Counted from the first letter of the stretch, positions 1 through 10,116 are shown. The stretch: DNA of 64,000 bases from Longimicrobiales bacterium (GCA_965204735.1 OZ242008.1:1056001-1120000); one strand, 5' to 3'. Program-made: numbers and translations. Notes: generated from the sequence alone by a model not told the origin.

Positions 1-995
1 AGGTCGGGTCTGGGTATCCTGTAGTAGTTGCCCGGATCCTTGACGTCTTTGGTTTCCCGCGGAACAACGGGTCGCGCAAAGCGTCCTTTGGCGCCTTCCA
101 GGTACTCCTCGATCATCTCCACGCAAGTCCACCTGCGACCAAGCCGTTCGCACACTTCGCCAGTCATGCAGGAGCCGCCAAAGGGATCCAACACGGAATC
201 ACCTTGGTCCGTGAGCATGCGGACGAAGAACTCCGGTATCTCCGCTGGAAAGCGCGCGGGATGGGGCTTGATGCCGCGCTGCTTGCAGTAACGCTGGTAG
301 AAGGAGTTGCTTTCCGTATGCGCTACTGCAATGAGGTTGGGTGGAATTGCCGCCCCATTGTCGCGAGCGAACTTCTCGCTGATGTTGTGTCCGCTGGGTC
401 TTCTCTGGGCTTTGTACCCCATGCGCAGCAGGCTCCGCATGCTCTTGCTGTACGGGTGCAGCACGCGCCGGTTCGTCGCCTTCGGCCACTCGCTGGGCGA
501 CAACCAGTAGACCGAATTCACAGCGTCCTTGACCCGGACCCGCCTTATGTTCACCCATTCCGCAGGCGTAGGCAGCTTGGACGGGTTCCACCAGTAGAAC
601 TCCTGGGCCAAGTGGAACCCCAGTCGCTCGCACAACATGATCAGCAGCTTGAAGTGATAGAGGCTCCGGGTCGGAGCGCCCTTCTTCCAGGCGCCTCCGA
701 TATCGATGACCAAGCTGCCCTGCGGCTTGAGGATGCGCTTGAACTGTTTGCCGAAGGCGTAGAACCAGTCCACGTAGCGATCCGCGTCTTCGTTGCCGTA
801 GTCCTTCTTGCGAACCAGCCCGAACGGAGGACTTGTGACCACCAAGTCCAGGCATCGGTCGTCCATGGCCGTCATGTAGGCAAGGGAGTCCCCAAGCACT
901 GCACGGCCCAGTGGGGTCCGAATCGGGACTTGGGCGTTCAGCTCGCCGTTCAACGTGAGCCTCCCTGGGACGGGCTGGGCCTGACTCGAACTCAT
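1..995 (-). CDS. Site-specific DNA methyltransferase, beta class, M.PvuII-like (probably N4-cytosine); 3' end runs off the window
   Basis: Hand-translated (not in ORF track because no stop in window): MSSSQAQ...LDLVVTSPPFGLVRKKDYGN...HPARFPAEIPEFFVRMLTDQGDSVLDPFGGSCMTG. Catalytic SPPF precedes SAM-binding DPFGGS (beta order). GGAGAAAGG RBS before ATG 995. Visibly lower GC than the rest. Confidence 0.9.
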   Translation of the reverse strand, partial: MSSSQAQPVPGRLTLNGELNAQVPIRTPLGRAVLGDSLAYMTAMDDRCLDLVVTSPPFGLVRKKDYGNEDADRYVDWFYAFGKQFKRILKPQGSLVIDIGGAWKKGAPTRSLYHFKLLIMLCERLGFHLAQEFYWWNPSKLPTPAEWVNIRRVRVKDAVNSVYWLSPSEWPKATNRRVLHPYSKSMRSLLRMGYKAQRRPSGHNISEKFARDNGAAIPPNLIAVAHTESNSFYQRYCKQRGIKPHPARFPAEIPEFFVRMLTDQGDSVLDPFGGSCMTGEVCERLGRRWTCVEMIEEYLEGAKGRFARPVVPRETKDVKDPGNYYRIPRPD

Positions 996-1228
996 GGGAT
1001 CGTACCTTTCTCCGGTCTGCCCTGCAACCCGGTTCGGATTGGAGCCCCCGGGAGTCGGCCCCGGAGAGCTGGAACTGGAAAGGTCGCCCTGGAGCCGCTG
1101 CACGCGAATGGCTGAACGGGACAGGCGCATTGCCGGATGGGACACGACACCTGTATCCCCTGTTTCCCGCACCGTCTCTTCGTCAGCGTCCGTCGATCGA
1201 TCCGCGTGCGCCGACTCCTCGGCCCCCC

Positions 1229-3988
1229 TCAGCTCGCCGGCCGTCGCCGCTCTGCCGCGCCGTAGTGGATGCCGTTGAAGAGCAGGGTGAAGGTGCCGTG
1301 GGGCTGGGCCCGGAAGGTGACCTTGGGGCCGAAGAGGAAGAGCTTCCCGTCGCCGACGTCGGCCTCGACCATGCTCGTGCCGCCTTCCAGGCGCTCCTGC
1401 CCCCAGGCCCATCCGCTCACCAGCGGCGTCGGCGAGTCGTACCACGCCAGGCGGCGAACCCCTTCGGCGCCCTCGCCGATGCGGAAGACCGGGCTGTGGC
1501 TGTGGAGGACGTGGACCCGCTCGCCCAAGCCGTGGGTGACCGGGCTGCCGTGCTCGACCTGGATGTCGTGGATCGACCCGGGAGTGAAGTAGTCGTCGCG
1601 GCTCAAGGGGCGCCCCTCTTCGTCCACCAGGTAGTTCTCCAGCGGCAGGCCCAGCTCGGCGCCCAGAGCGGTGGACGTGCCGACCGCGATCACCGCGCCG
1701 CCGTTCTCCATGAACTCGCGGAGCGCCGGGACGCTCGCCTCCGCCGACAGCGCCCCCAGCCGCGCCCGCAGGGAGTCGGGGAGCGTGGCCGCGAACTCCC
1801 CGCCGGCGCCGCCGCGGCCCCCTCCGAAGCCGCCGCCCCGGCCGGCCTGCATCGCCCCGTCGGGCAGCACGATCACGTCGAAACGGTCGCGCAGCCCGCC
1901 CGCGTCGATCTCGGGCGGGTAGACCACCTCGAAGTCGAACTCGAAGCTCTCCAGCACCAAGCGGGTCCACCCCGACGGCATCGAACCTCCGTACCGATCC
2001 CACAGGCCGACCCGAGCGCTGGACAGCTCCAGCGCGGCCCCCGTCGGCGCCTCCGCCACCCCGTGGAACGCGACGCCGCTCTCCTCCGCCCATGTCTCCA
2101 GCGTCTTCCGGTCCACGGCGTCGGCGGGGAAGTAGAACGCTCCGGCGGGGAACGACGCACCGTCCGAGCCCGACGCGCCAGGCGCCTCCTGGGCGTCCTC
2201 CAGCCACAGCGCCCGCCCGCCCGCCGCCAGCACGCGGTTGACGGCCACGAAGGCGTCGTTCACGTGGTCGGCCAACCAACCGGCGGGCGACTCGGGGCCG
2301 GTCACGGCGGCGGCCACGGTCTCGGCCGTCCAGGCAATCGGCTCGAAGGGGCCGTCGAAGCCGTCCAGCACCCGGTCGAACTCGACGCCCATCTGGAGGG
2401 CCAGCGTCCACCCGGCGTTGTCGTAGGGAGCGATCGGCGGCCCGCCCGGGTACTGGAAGTCGTTGGGGTGGTTCTGCGGCTCGAACATGTCGATCACGTG
2501 GGGCCGAAACGCCTGCGCCGTCTTCACCACGTAGGAGCCCGCCGGGTAGCTCGTGCCGCCGGCCTCGAACGCCGCCGAGGCCCGGTGGACCGTCACGCCG
2601 TTCTTGAGGAGCACGTTGACGAACTTGGTGGCGGTGGGAAAGTCCCACTGGTCCGACGGCAGGACGTAGCCCCGAGCGTCCCGCTTCGCCGGGTCCCGCA
2701 GGTAGGAGTCGTAGTCGTCCATGGAGCCCCTGGGGCCCAGCGCGTCGGTCGCCTCGTCGATCCACTTTGGCAGGACCGTCCACGAGTCGCGGCTGCCCCG
2801 CTCGATGGAGTTGGTCCCCATGCGCCAGATGTTGTACAGCAGGTGCTCCCGGTTGCGGGCGGCGTAGTCCAGCACGGCCCGGTTGGCGGTCTGGGAGTAG
2901 TCCACCGACTGGCGGAAGCGCCAGACGCCGGGCTCCACCGGCAGCGGCAGGTCGCCGTGGGTGATCTGGCGGGCGGGCAGGAAGGGGATCTCGATCGGCG
3001 TCGGGTGGCCGATCGTCTCGGTCAAGAGGCCGATCATGTTGTGGAAGTACGGGGTCGTGCGCAGGCCGCCGTTCCACCACGTGGAGTAGCTGGCGCCCCG
3101 GCGCATCGTCGTGCCCCCCTTGCCCTCGGCGACCATCCGGTGGTGCATCGCCGAGCCCACTTGGTCCAGGCTGGTGAGGATCAGCGGGTCCAGGTTGTGG
3201 TTCGGCGGGTCGCGGAACGGCGGCGCGAACATGACCGTGCCCTGCGGCCCCGTCTGGTGGTGGTTGTACACGATCTGCGGGAACCACTCCCGGTACACCA
3301 CGCGGTTCATGTTCTCGGTCTCGGCCAGCGCCGACATGTAGAAGTCCCGGTTGTTGTCGTGTCCCGCGTACTTCTGGTACAGGACCGGCACGCCCCGGGT
3401 GGAGCGCTCCATGGGGTCGTCGTGGCGCATGTACCAGTCGGCCACCAAGTCGTGGCCGTCCGGGTTGGCGTGGGCCGCCAGCAGAATCACTTCGTCCAGG
3501 AAGCGCAGCGTCTCGGCGTCGTCGCGGCTTGTCATCTGCCACACCAGCTCCATCAGCTGCTGGGCGCCCAGGATCTCGGTCGCGTGCAGTCCGCCGTCGA
3601 TCCAGACGACCGCCTTCCCCTCCGCCGCCATCGTCCGCGCTTCCTCTTCGGTCACGTCCTCGGCCAGCGCGAGCCGCCGCGCGATCTCCTTGTAGCGGTC
3701 CAGGTGGGGCCGGTTGGCGGGAGACGTGATCGTGGCCATCCACTGCTCCCGCCCCTCGGAAGTCCTCCCGATCGACTCCACCGTCATGCGGTCGGACTGC
3801 TCCGCCAGCAGGCGCCAGTACTCGGTCAGGCCCTCGTAGTTCACCAGCACGTAGTCCGCGCCCAGGGCGTGGCCGAACTGCTCTTCGGGGGACGTGAGCT
3901 GGGCTGCGGCGGGGCCGGCGGCCGGAACGAGGCCGGCGGCCGCTCCAAGGAAGGCCCATGCGAAGGCGGAACGGCGGGAACGTGTCAT
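1229..3988 (-). CDS. Secreted M14-family zinc carboxypeptidase with C-terminal GATase-like domain
   Basis: Signal peptide MTRSRRSAFAWAFLGAAAG...AAAQ; GGLHATE (HxxE), NPDG, GHDNNRD, YNHHQ motifs; ATG 3988 overlaps the sufU stop (ATGA). Confidence 0.88.
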   Translation of the reverse strand: MTRSRRSAFAWAFLGAAAGLVPAAGPAAAQLTSPEEQFGHALGADYVLVNYEGLTEYWRLLAEQSDRMTVESIGRTSEGREQWMATITSPANRPHLDRYKEIARRLALAEDVTEEEARTMAAEGKAVVWIDGGLHATEILGAQQLMELVWQMTSRDDAETLRFLDEVILLAAHANPDGHDLVADWYMRHDDPMERSTRGVPVLYQKYAGHDNNRDFYMSALAETENMNRVVYREWFPQIVYNHHQTGPQGTVMFAPPFRDPPNHNLDPLILTSLDQVGSAMHHRMVAEGKGGTTMRRGASYSTWWNGGLRTTPYFHNMIGLLTETIGHPTPIEIPFLPARQITHGDLPLPVEPGVWRFRQSVDYSQTANRAVLDYAARNREHLLYNIWRMGTNSIERGSRDSWTVLPKWIDEATDALGPRGSMDDYDSYLRDPAKRDARGYVLPSDQWDFPTATKFVNVLLKNGVTVHRASAAFEAGGTSYPAGSYVVKTAQAFRPHVIDMFEPQNHPNDFQYPGGPPIAPYDNAGWTLALQMGVEFDRVLDGFDGPFEPIAWTAETVAAAVTGPESPAGWLADHVNDAFVAVNRVLAAGGRALWLEDAQEAPGASGSDGASFPAGAFYFPADAVDRKTLETWAEESGVAFHGVAEAPTGAALELSSARVGLWDRYGGSMPSGWTRLVLESFEFDFEVVYPPEIDAGGLRDRFDVIVLPDGAMQAGRGGGFGGGRGGAGGEFAATLPDSLRARLGALSAEASVPALREFMENGGAVIAVGTSTALGAELGLPLENYLVDEEGRPLSRDDYFTPGSIHDIQVEHGSPVTHGLGERVHVLHSHSPVFRIGEGAEGVRRLAWYDSPTPLVSGWAWGQERLEGGTSMVEADVGDGKLFLFGPKVTFRAQPHGTFTLLFNGIHYGAAERRRPAS

Positions 3989-4476
3989 CTGGCGATCTCT
4001 TGTCGGTCGGGAGTGGGGGAAGCCGTGGGTCGTGCAAGCGTCGTCGGGGCGCTCCGGAGCGCTGCCTCCAGCGCGTCGAAGGGCAAGATGGCGCAACGTA
4101 CCCGGCTGGGGAAGCGGCCGACGCCGGCGAGGGCTCGGAGGTCGCCCAGCGACTTGGGCAGCGGCGCCCCTTCGGGCGAGAGTCCGTCGACGAACGCCTG
4201 CCGGAGGTCGGCCAGGGACGCCGTGGAGACGCCGTGGACCGCGACCGTCAGCATCGAGGCGGCGGCCTGGGAGATCGAGCAGCCGCGCCCGTCGAAGGTG
4301 ACTTCGTCGAAGGCGCCGTCCTCGACACGGGCCCAGATGCGGACCGTGTCGCCGCAGAAGGGGTTGTGGGCCTTGCCGGAGATGGCGTCGCCGCCGAGGG
4401 CGCCCCGGTTGCGAGGACGCCGGAAGTGATCTCGGATCAGGGCTTGGTGGAGTTCGCCAGTGCGACTGCCTGCCAA
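3985..4476 (-). CDS. sufU: SufU/IscU-family sulfur-transfer / Fe-S scaffold protein
   Basis: DHFRRPRNRG, NPFCGD, GRGCSISQAAASML, RVRCAILP (three Cys plus Asp); TTG start uncertain. Confidence 0.88.
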   Translation of the reverse strand: MAGSRTGELHQALIRDHFRRPRNRGALGGDAISGKAHNPFCGDTVRIWARVEDGAFDEVTFDGRGCSISQAAASMLTVAVHGVSTASLADLRQAFVDGLSPEGAPLPKSLGDLRALAGVGRFPSRVRCAILPFDALEAALRSAPTTLARPTASPTPDRQEIAR

Positions 4477-4514
4477 GGTTGCGCGCCTTCCGCGGAAGAT
4501 TCACTGTCGGGTCC

Positions 4515-5699
4515 ATGGACCAGCCCAGCCTGTACAGGAACGCCGACCCGGCGCTTGCGCAAGCCGTCCGTTGGGCCGACGCGGGACGACGGGTGGCCCT
4601 GGCGACCGTCGTCCGCACCTGGGGATCGGCGCCTAGGCGCGCCGGAGCCCACATGGCCGTGACGGACAGCGGGGAGTTCGCCGGGTCCGTGTCCGGCGGA
4701 TGCATCGAGGGCGCGGTGGTCCAGGCCGCGATGGAGGTGATCGACTCGGGCGCGCCCCGGTCGCTGGAGTTCGGGGTCGCCAACGAGGTGGCGTGGGAGG
4801 TCGGGCTGGCGTGCGGGGGCAAGGTCCAGCTTCTGGTCGAGCGCGCGTCGTCGGGGCGAACTGCCGAGCGCTTCCGCGCGGAGGCGGGCGGGAGGTCCGT
4901 GGCGACCGGCGAGCGCGCAGCGGACGACGAGCCCGTCGAGCTCCTCCGCTGGGTGGTGCGCGCGCAGCGAGATCGGAAGGACATCGTGCTGGCGACGCGG
5001 CTGTCCGACGGCGCCAAGCGCCTGCTGGACGGGGTCGGGCGCCCCTTCGCCGGAGGTCGCCGGCGTCGGCCGCAGTGGAGCTGGCCTCCCATCGAAGGGA
5101 TACTGGCGCCGGGGGCCGCTGCGGGGGCGGCTTCTCTGGGAGTGGGCGGCGACATGGTGGAACGGGTCGTCCGGTCCGGGGAGCCGCTGACCGTGGATGC
5201 GCCCGCCGGCCCCGTCTTCCTGCGTCCCTACGTCCGACCTCCCCGCCTCGTGATCGTCGGCGCGGTCCACATCGCCCAGGCGCTGGCCCCCATGGCGACG
5301 GCGACCGGTTTCCGAACAACGGTGGTCGACCCCCGCGAAGGCTTCGCCGCAAACGACCGGTTCCCCGGCTCGACGGTGGTGCGGGATTGGCCCGACCAAG
5401 CCCTGAAGCGCATGAGACTCGACCACCGCTCCGCCGTGGCCGCCCTCACCCACGACCCCAAGATCGACGACCCCGCGCTGCTCGCGGCCCTGGCCGGCGA
5501 CGCCTTCTACGTCGGCGCTCTGGGAAGCCGCAAGACGCAGGCGGCGCGCAGGAAGCGCTTGGCCGCGACAGGCTGCACGCCGGAGGCGCTGGACCGGATT
5601 CGGGGCCCCATCGGGCTGCCGATCGGTGCCGCCACGCCGGAAGAGATCGCGCTGGCCACGCTGGCGGAGGTGGTCGCGGCCCTGCGGCTGGGGAGCTAG
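4515..5699 (+). CDS. xdhC: XdhC/CoxI-family molybdo-flavoenzyme maturation factor
   Basis: ATVVRTWGSAPR, GSVSGGCIE, VGLACGG, LVIVGAVHIAQ, THDPKIDD, YVGALGSR, GPIGLPIGAATPEEIA. Confidence 0.9.
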   Translation: MDQPSLYRNADPALAQAVRWADAGRRVALATVVRTWGSAPRRAGAHMAVTDSGEFAGSVSGGCIEGAVVQAAMEVIDSGAPRSLEFGVANEVAWEVGLACGGKVQLLVERASSGRTAERFRAEAGGRSVATGERAADDEPVELLRWVVRAQRDRKDIVLATRLSDGAKRLLDGVGRPFAGGRRRRPQWSWPPIEGILAPGAAAGAASLGVGGDMVERVVRSGEPLTVDAPAGPVFLRPYVRPPRLVIVGAVHIAQALAPMATATGFRTTVVDPREGFAANDRFPGSTVVRDWPDQALKRMRLDHRSAVAALTHDPKIDDPALLAALAGDAFYVGALGSRKTQAARRKRLAATGCTPEALDRIRGPIGLPIGAATPEEIALATLAEVVAALRLGS

Positions 5700-5745
5700 G
5701 CCAAGCTAAGAGGCTAGGGGGGAGGCGGCGCCCTACAAAGCAGCC

Positions 5746-8676
5746 TTAGCCCGCAACCGGCTTGCCCGCTCGCACGCTGGGTTCGGCGCACCACTTCCTT
5801 CGCAACACCTCCAGCGGCCCTTCCAGCGCCTCCCAGTCGAGCCCCAGCACGTCGCGCAGCACCCGGGCGTCCAACTCCTTGCGCACCGCGTCCCGCTCTG
5901 CCAGATACGCCGGCCGCAACTCGCGGTGCTTCATCTCCGCGAACACGGCCTCGGCGACGTCGAGCTGCTTCGGCGCCAAGGAAGTCACGTCGAGAAACGG
6001 CATCCGATCGATCGCCGTGACGGGCATCAGGCCCCGGCCGATCTGCTGCTTGCTCGCATGACACCAGTACTGGACCAGTCCCAAGGTCGTGTTGCCCCAC
6101 AGGCAGTAGGCCTTCTCGTGAGCTTGGCTCGGGAGCTGCACGTTCGGCCATCCCCGTCCGCCGATCGTGCGCCCAACCGTGAACGCCGCCCCCAGGGACT
6201 GCGAAGTGAAGCTGAAGTCCCGGGTGTGGTGAACCCAGCTTCGCGCCGCCCAGATGTCGCGCGCCTTGGCGTCCCGGCCCTCGCGCACAAGTCCGTGCAC
6301 GTCCGCCTCGACCACCATCTTCCGCTGAACGGCGCTGCGGTTGCGCCACAGCATCGGGTAGGCCGGCTCGCCGGAGATCGGATGGCGGTCGAACGGAGCC
6401 GACCTGTTGTTGGCGATGTTGTTGTCGGCCCATCCGACTATGGCGAACTCGCCGACCGGCCTTACGGGGACCGAAGGCGCCTGCTCGGGATCCGCTGTGG
6501 GCAACCACAACGAGCCCTGGGCGAGCTGCCATCCGGTCTGCACCACCATGGCGTCCAGCACCGGACAACACCACCAGGGGTTCGGGCCCAACGGGGCGCC
6601 GACCGCCCCGCCGACGACTTCTCCTCCAACGGCGAGCACGGTCCCTCCCACAGGTCCGTCCTCGACCCGGCGCAGGCGTTGCGGACCGGAAAGGACCCGC
6701 CTGATCGCCCTGGCCACCTCCGTCGCTTCCATGGCGTTGGCCGGCCGTCGTCGCAGCGTGACGAAGGCGCCGCGGCCGCCTCTGCGACCCCCCGGGGCCC
6801 GCTTCCGCGCGACGATCAGCGCTTCCGCCATCTTGGTGTCCGCCGACCACGATTGGTCGATCGGCCGGGGGCCCGCCAAGCTTATCACAGTCACGTCCTG
6901 GTAGTCCACGGTGAAGAGCGCCCGCGCGCGCGCCCAGCTCATCCCCGAAATCGCCGTCAACGGCAACACGAACGCCACCGTGCCTCCGGCTCTGCACATC
7001 TTGTCGGCAACCGCCACGAACGCCGAAGCGATGCCGGCCGATCCGTGATAGCAGAAGGTGCGCCGGCCGAGTTCCTTCATCCGATCGTCCATCTTCTTCT
7101 GGACCTGCTTGCTCGTCCCCAGCCCCCGGTACTGCTTCCAACTGCCCTCGGCGCCCGCCTCCCAGTCGGACATGGCTCGAGTGAAGGGCGGGTTCATGAT
7201 CACCAAGTCCTGGCTCTCCGGCCGCGTTTCGACTGCGAACTCGCCCGTCCTGCCCGACTTGGCCGCGACGGCTTCGGGGGCGCTCATGGGAAAGAGCGAG
7301 GGCAGGGCGGCGCTGTCGCTCAGCAGGTCGAGCGACCCGACGGCCGTGCTCCTGTCGAGACGCTCCCCGTACTCCGCGATGAGAACCCGCGCCTTGTCGT
7401 AAAGGACGTTGGGGTGGACGGACGAAAGCATGGCCGCCGTCAGGTGAGCCGCCGACGGCACGATGTCGCACGCCGTGAGCGCCTCCTCGATCATCGTCTT
7501 GTGAAGGCGCGCGGGGTCGCCGCCGGCGAGTTCGTGCAGCTGGTTGAGACGATGGTACGCCGCGTGAATCAGCGTTCCCGTGCCGCAAGCGTAGTCGGCC
7601 GCGCGAAACGTCGTCATCCGCTCCGCGCTCCCCCACTCGCCTTCCGGCACGGCCAAGTGGGCCAGCAAGGCGGCGGACTCGGGACGGGTGTAGAACGACG
7701 CCAAGTACTTGCGGTCGCCGATGAAGCGCTGAAAGACGATGCCCGCCAGGTCGTGGGAGCGCGCCACGCCCAGCTCCACCAGCGCCGCGGCCGTGACTGC
7801 CGCCGCCCGGAGCGCGTCGTTGGCGTCCTTCGGGGGCGTGACGCCTGCCAGCAGTTCGCGCGCCAAGTGAAAGATCGACCAGTAGTTGATCTGCAGAATC
7901 CTGTCCCATTCGGCCAGGACGCCGGCTTGGCTCAAGTCGCGAGCGCCCTGCATCTGGGCAAGGCTGCGCACTCCTCGATTTCCTGCCAAGCCCTCCTGGA
8001 AGACCATCGCGTTCACGAGGACCGTGGCGGCGATCCCCAGCATCTGGTCCAACTTCGACTCGTCGTAGTCTTGGCGAAGGGCCGCCGCGATCCGCGCTTT
8101 CCAGTCCTCGCTTCTCGACGCCGCGCCGCGCAGCCGCCCGACGAGCTCGGCGACGCCGCGCTCGAGCACGTCGGTGGCGTCTCGGAGCGCGTCGGCGGAC
8201 ACTCCGGCGTGATCCACGAACACCGCCAAGTCGGCCACCGTGCCCGAGATGAAGCCCGAAGCTGGGAAGCGGCTGCACCCGTCGGCGGAGCGGCCGGCGA
8301 GGAGCGCGTACTCCAAGTGCGTTTCCGGTTTACGAAGGGCGCCGGCCACTTCCCCGGGCGTGTTGCATTGATCGAGGCCGAGACGAGGTGTCCGCAACGC
8401 GATCGACGACCGAACCGCTCCAGCGTGCTCGATCGCCGTCGAGTCCAAAACCTCGCCCAGGCGGGAACGCGCTTCGGCTTCCACTTGGCGTGCGGGCCGC
8501 CACTCGTTCTCGATCACCACGGGCTGCCTGCCGAAGCTCGTGACGACGATGTCGGGACACCGCTGATTGCCGACAAAGCACGGCTGCTCCGCGTACACCC
8601 GCCAGCGCGGGTTCATGCTCTGCAGCAAGTCCGCGAAGCTGCCGTTGACCAACTGCTCGGAGATGCGGGGGTTCAT
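5746..8676 (-). CDS. Type IIG-like restriction-modification fusion (nuclease-like N-terminus, m6A methyltransferase, putative TRD)
   Basis: N-terminal PDIVV...VVIENEW (PD-(D/E)xK-like); FYTRPESA; ADYACGTG (motif I); LVIMNPPF (motif IV, gamma order); ~976 aa. Confidence 0.78.
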   Translation of the reverse strand: MNPRISEQLVNGSFADLLQSMNPRWRVYAEQPCFVGNQRCPDIVVTSFGRQPVVIENEWRPARQVEAEARSRLGEVLDSTAIEHAGAVRSSIALRTPRLGLDQCNTPGEVAGALRKPETHLEYALLAGRSADGCSRFPASGFISGTVADLAVFVDHAGVSADALRDATDVLERGVAELVGRLRGAASRSEDWKARIAAALRQDYDESKLDQMLGIAATVLVNAMVFQEGLAGNRGVRSLAQMQGARDLSQAGVLAEWDRILQINYWSIFHLARELLAGVTPPKDANDALRAAAVTAAALVELGVARSHDLAGIVFQRFIGDRKYLASFYTRPESAALLAHLAVPEGEWGSAERMTTFRAADYACGTGTLIHAAYHRLNQLHELAGGDPARLHKTMIEEALTACDIVPSAAHLTAAMLSSVHPNVLYDKARVLIAEYGERLDRSTAVGSLDLLSDSAALPSLFPMSAPEAVAAKSGRTGEFAVETRPESQDLVIMNPPFTRAMSDWEAGAEGSWKQYRGLGTSKQVQKKMDDRMKELGRRTFCYHGSAGIASAFVAVADKMCRAGGTVAFVLPLTAISGMSWARARALFTVDYQDVTVISLAGPRPIDQSWSADTKMAEALIVARKRAPGGRRGGRGAFVTLRRRPANAMEATEVARAIRRVLSGPQRLRRVEDGPVGGTVLAVGGEVVGGAVGAPLGPNPWWCCPVLDAMVVQTGWQLAQGSLWLPTADPEQAPSVPVRPVGEFAIVGWADNNIANNRSAPFDRHPISGEPAYPMLWRNRSAVQRKMVVEADVHGLVREGRDAKARDIWAARSWVHHTRDFSFTSQSLGAAFTVGRTIGGRGWPNVQLPSQAHEKAYCLWGNTTLGLVQYWCHASKQQIGRGLMPVTAIDRMPFLDVTSLAPKQLDVAEAVFAEMKHRELRPAYLAERDAVRKELDARVLRDVLGLDWEALEGPLEVLRRKWCAEPSVRAGKPVAG

Positions 8677-8815
8677 GGGTCCTAACCTACGACGCCCCAC
8701 AACCCCAGCGGTGGCGCGGCCGCCGTCCCAGGTCTACGTTTTGCCAACGGCGCGCCTCGGAACGACGCATCCCCCCGCAACGGTCCATGCATTGAAGCGA
8801 ATCCCCTGCAAGCCA

Positions 8816-8838
8816 GCAGGCCCTCCGAAGGGGCCTGC
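8816..8838. other. GC hairpin (GCAGGCCC-7 nt-GGGCCTGC) in divergent intergenic region
   Basis: Perfect 8-bp inverted repeat, no U-tract; role unknown. Confidence 0.3.
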
Positions 8839-8865
8839 GCCGCCCGCGACCGCCGCGACGGCCCT

Positions 8866-10116
8866 GTGACGACGCCTGTCGCCCGCCGCAACGAGGCCCG
8901 CGCCGCCCCCGACGACGCCCGAGTCCCCTGCGACCAAGCCCGGCGCCCCGACCGCCGAACCGCCCTCAAGTCCGCGGTCGCCGGAGCCTTCGCCCTGGGC
9001 GCCTCCTTTCCGGCCCCGTTCGTCGCCTTGCGGCGCCACCGACTCTTCGGATGGTCCGCCCAGGAGTACTCCTCCCGCTGCATCGATCTGGCGACCGGGT
9101 CGCTGGTGATCGACATGCTGTTGCCCCTCGCGATCTCCAGATCGGTCCGGGAGCGCTGGGGCCCGGACCTGGAAGGCATGACGGCGCAGGAGGAGCAGGA
9201 CTTCCGAGACTCGGAGATCGACGTCTTCCACATCGCCGTCGGGATCGGCGGACGCGACTTCGACGACCACTTCCGCAGAGCGCTGGCGTTCGTGGCGCAG
9301 CACAACTCGATCGTCGCCCAGCGGCCCGACCTCTTCGCTCGGATCGACTCCGCCGCCGACCTGGCTTCGATCCACGGCTCCGGGCGCGTCGGCATCCTCA
9401 TCGGCACCCAGACCTCGTCCCACTTCCGCACCCCCGACGACGTGGACGCCTTCCACGGCCTGGGCCAGCGCGTCTCCCAGCTCACCTACAACTCCCGCAA
9501 CCTGATCGGCAACGGGGCGACGGAGCGGATCGACGGCGGCATCTCCGACTTCGGCGCGTCGATCGTCGAGCGCATGAACCAGGTCGGCATGGCGGTGGAC
9601 GTGTCCCACTGCGGCGACCGGACCACGCTGGACGCCTGCGAGCTGTCGTCGCGCCCGGTGCTCTTCACCCACTCCAACAGCCGCGTTCTTTCCGGCGGGC
9701 ACCCCCGAACGAAGACCGACGAGGCGATCCGGGCGATGGCCCAAACCGGCGGCGTCATGGGGATCACGGGCGTCCGAATGTTCGTGCGCGACCGGGAGCC
9801 GACCACGATCGAGCACTGCGTGGACCACTTCGACCACGTGCGGGAGTTGGTCGGGATCGAGCACCTGGGCATCGGCAGCGACACGGATCTGCACGGCTAC
9901 GACGACATGCCGCCGGACGAATACGCAGCGCTCAAGTCGGCGTACAAGGATTCCTACGCCTTCCGAGAGAAGCTGGACATCGAAGGCCTGGACCATCCCA
10001 AGCGCGTCTTCGACCTTGCGGAGGCGCTGATCCGCCGGGGCTGGACCGACGACCACGTTCGGGGAGTCCTCGGCGGCAACTTCCAACGAGTTCTGGGCGA
10101 GATATGGCAAGCGTGA
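8866..10116 (+). CDS. Membrane dipeptidase (peptidase M19) family, probable Tat substrate
   Basis: DRRTALKSAVAGAFALGA twin-arginine-like leader; QLTYN, GISDFG, VDVSHCG, THSN, IGSD motifs. Confidence 0.85.
   Translation: MTTPVARRNEARAAPDDARVPCDQARRPDRRTALKSAVAGAFALGASFPAPFVALRRHRLFGWSAQEYSSRCIDLATGSLVIDMLLPLAISRSVRERWGPDLEGMTAQEEQDFRDSEIDVFHIAVGIGGRDFDDHFRRALAFVAQHNSIVAQRPDLFARIDSAADLASIHGSGRVGILIGTQTSSHFRTPDDVDAFHGLGQRVSQLTYNSRNLIGNGATERIDGGISDFGASIVERMNQVGMAVDVSHCGDRTTLDACELSSRPVLFTHSNSRVLSGGHPRTKTDEAIRAMAQTGGVMGITGVRMFVRDREPTTIEHCVDHFDHVRELVGIEHLGIGSDTDLHGYDDMPPDEYAALKSAYKDSYAFREKLDIEGLDHPKRVFDLAEALIRRGWTDDHVRGVLGGNFQRVLGEIWQA

Noticed and set aside
1..995. Assigning CAGCTG specificity or an active PvuII-type R-M system
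   Set aside because: Motif similarity does not fix specificity, no endonuclease is visible in the window, and CAGCTG occurs repeatedly here
1130..4429. Very long ORFs antisense or off-frame to real genes (e.g. 1130-4429 +, 5926-8685 +, 26200-29613 -, 52520-54802 +)
   Set aside because: Arg/Pro/Gly-rich shadow frames expected at high GC; no motifs, and they overlap well-supported genes
8816..8838. Rho-independent terminator
   Set aside because: Lies between divergent gene starts and has no U-tract on either strand
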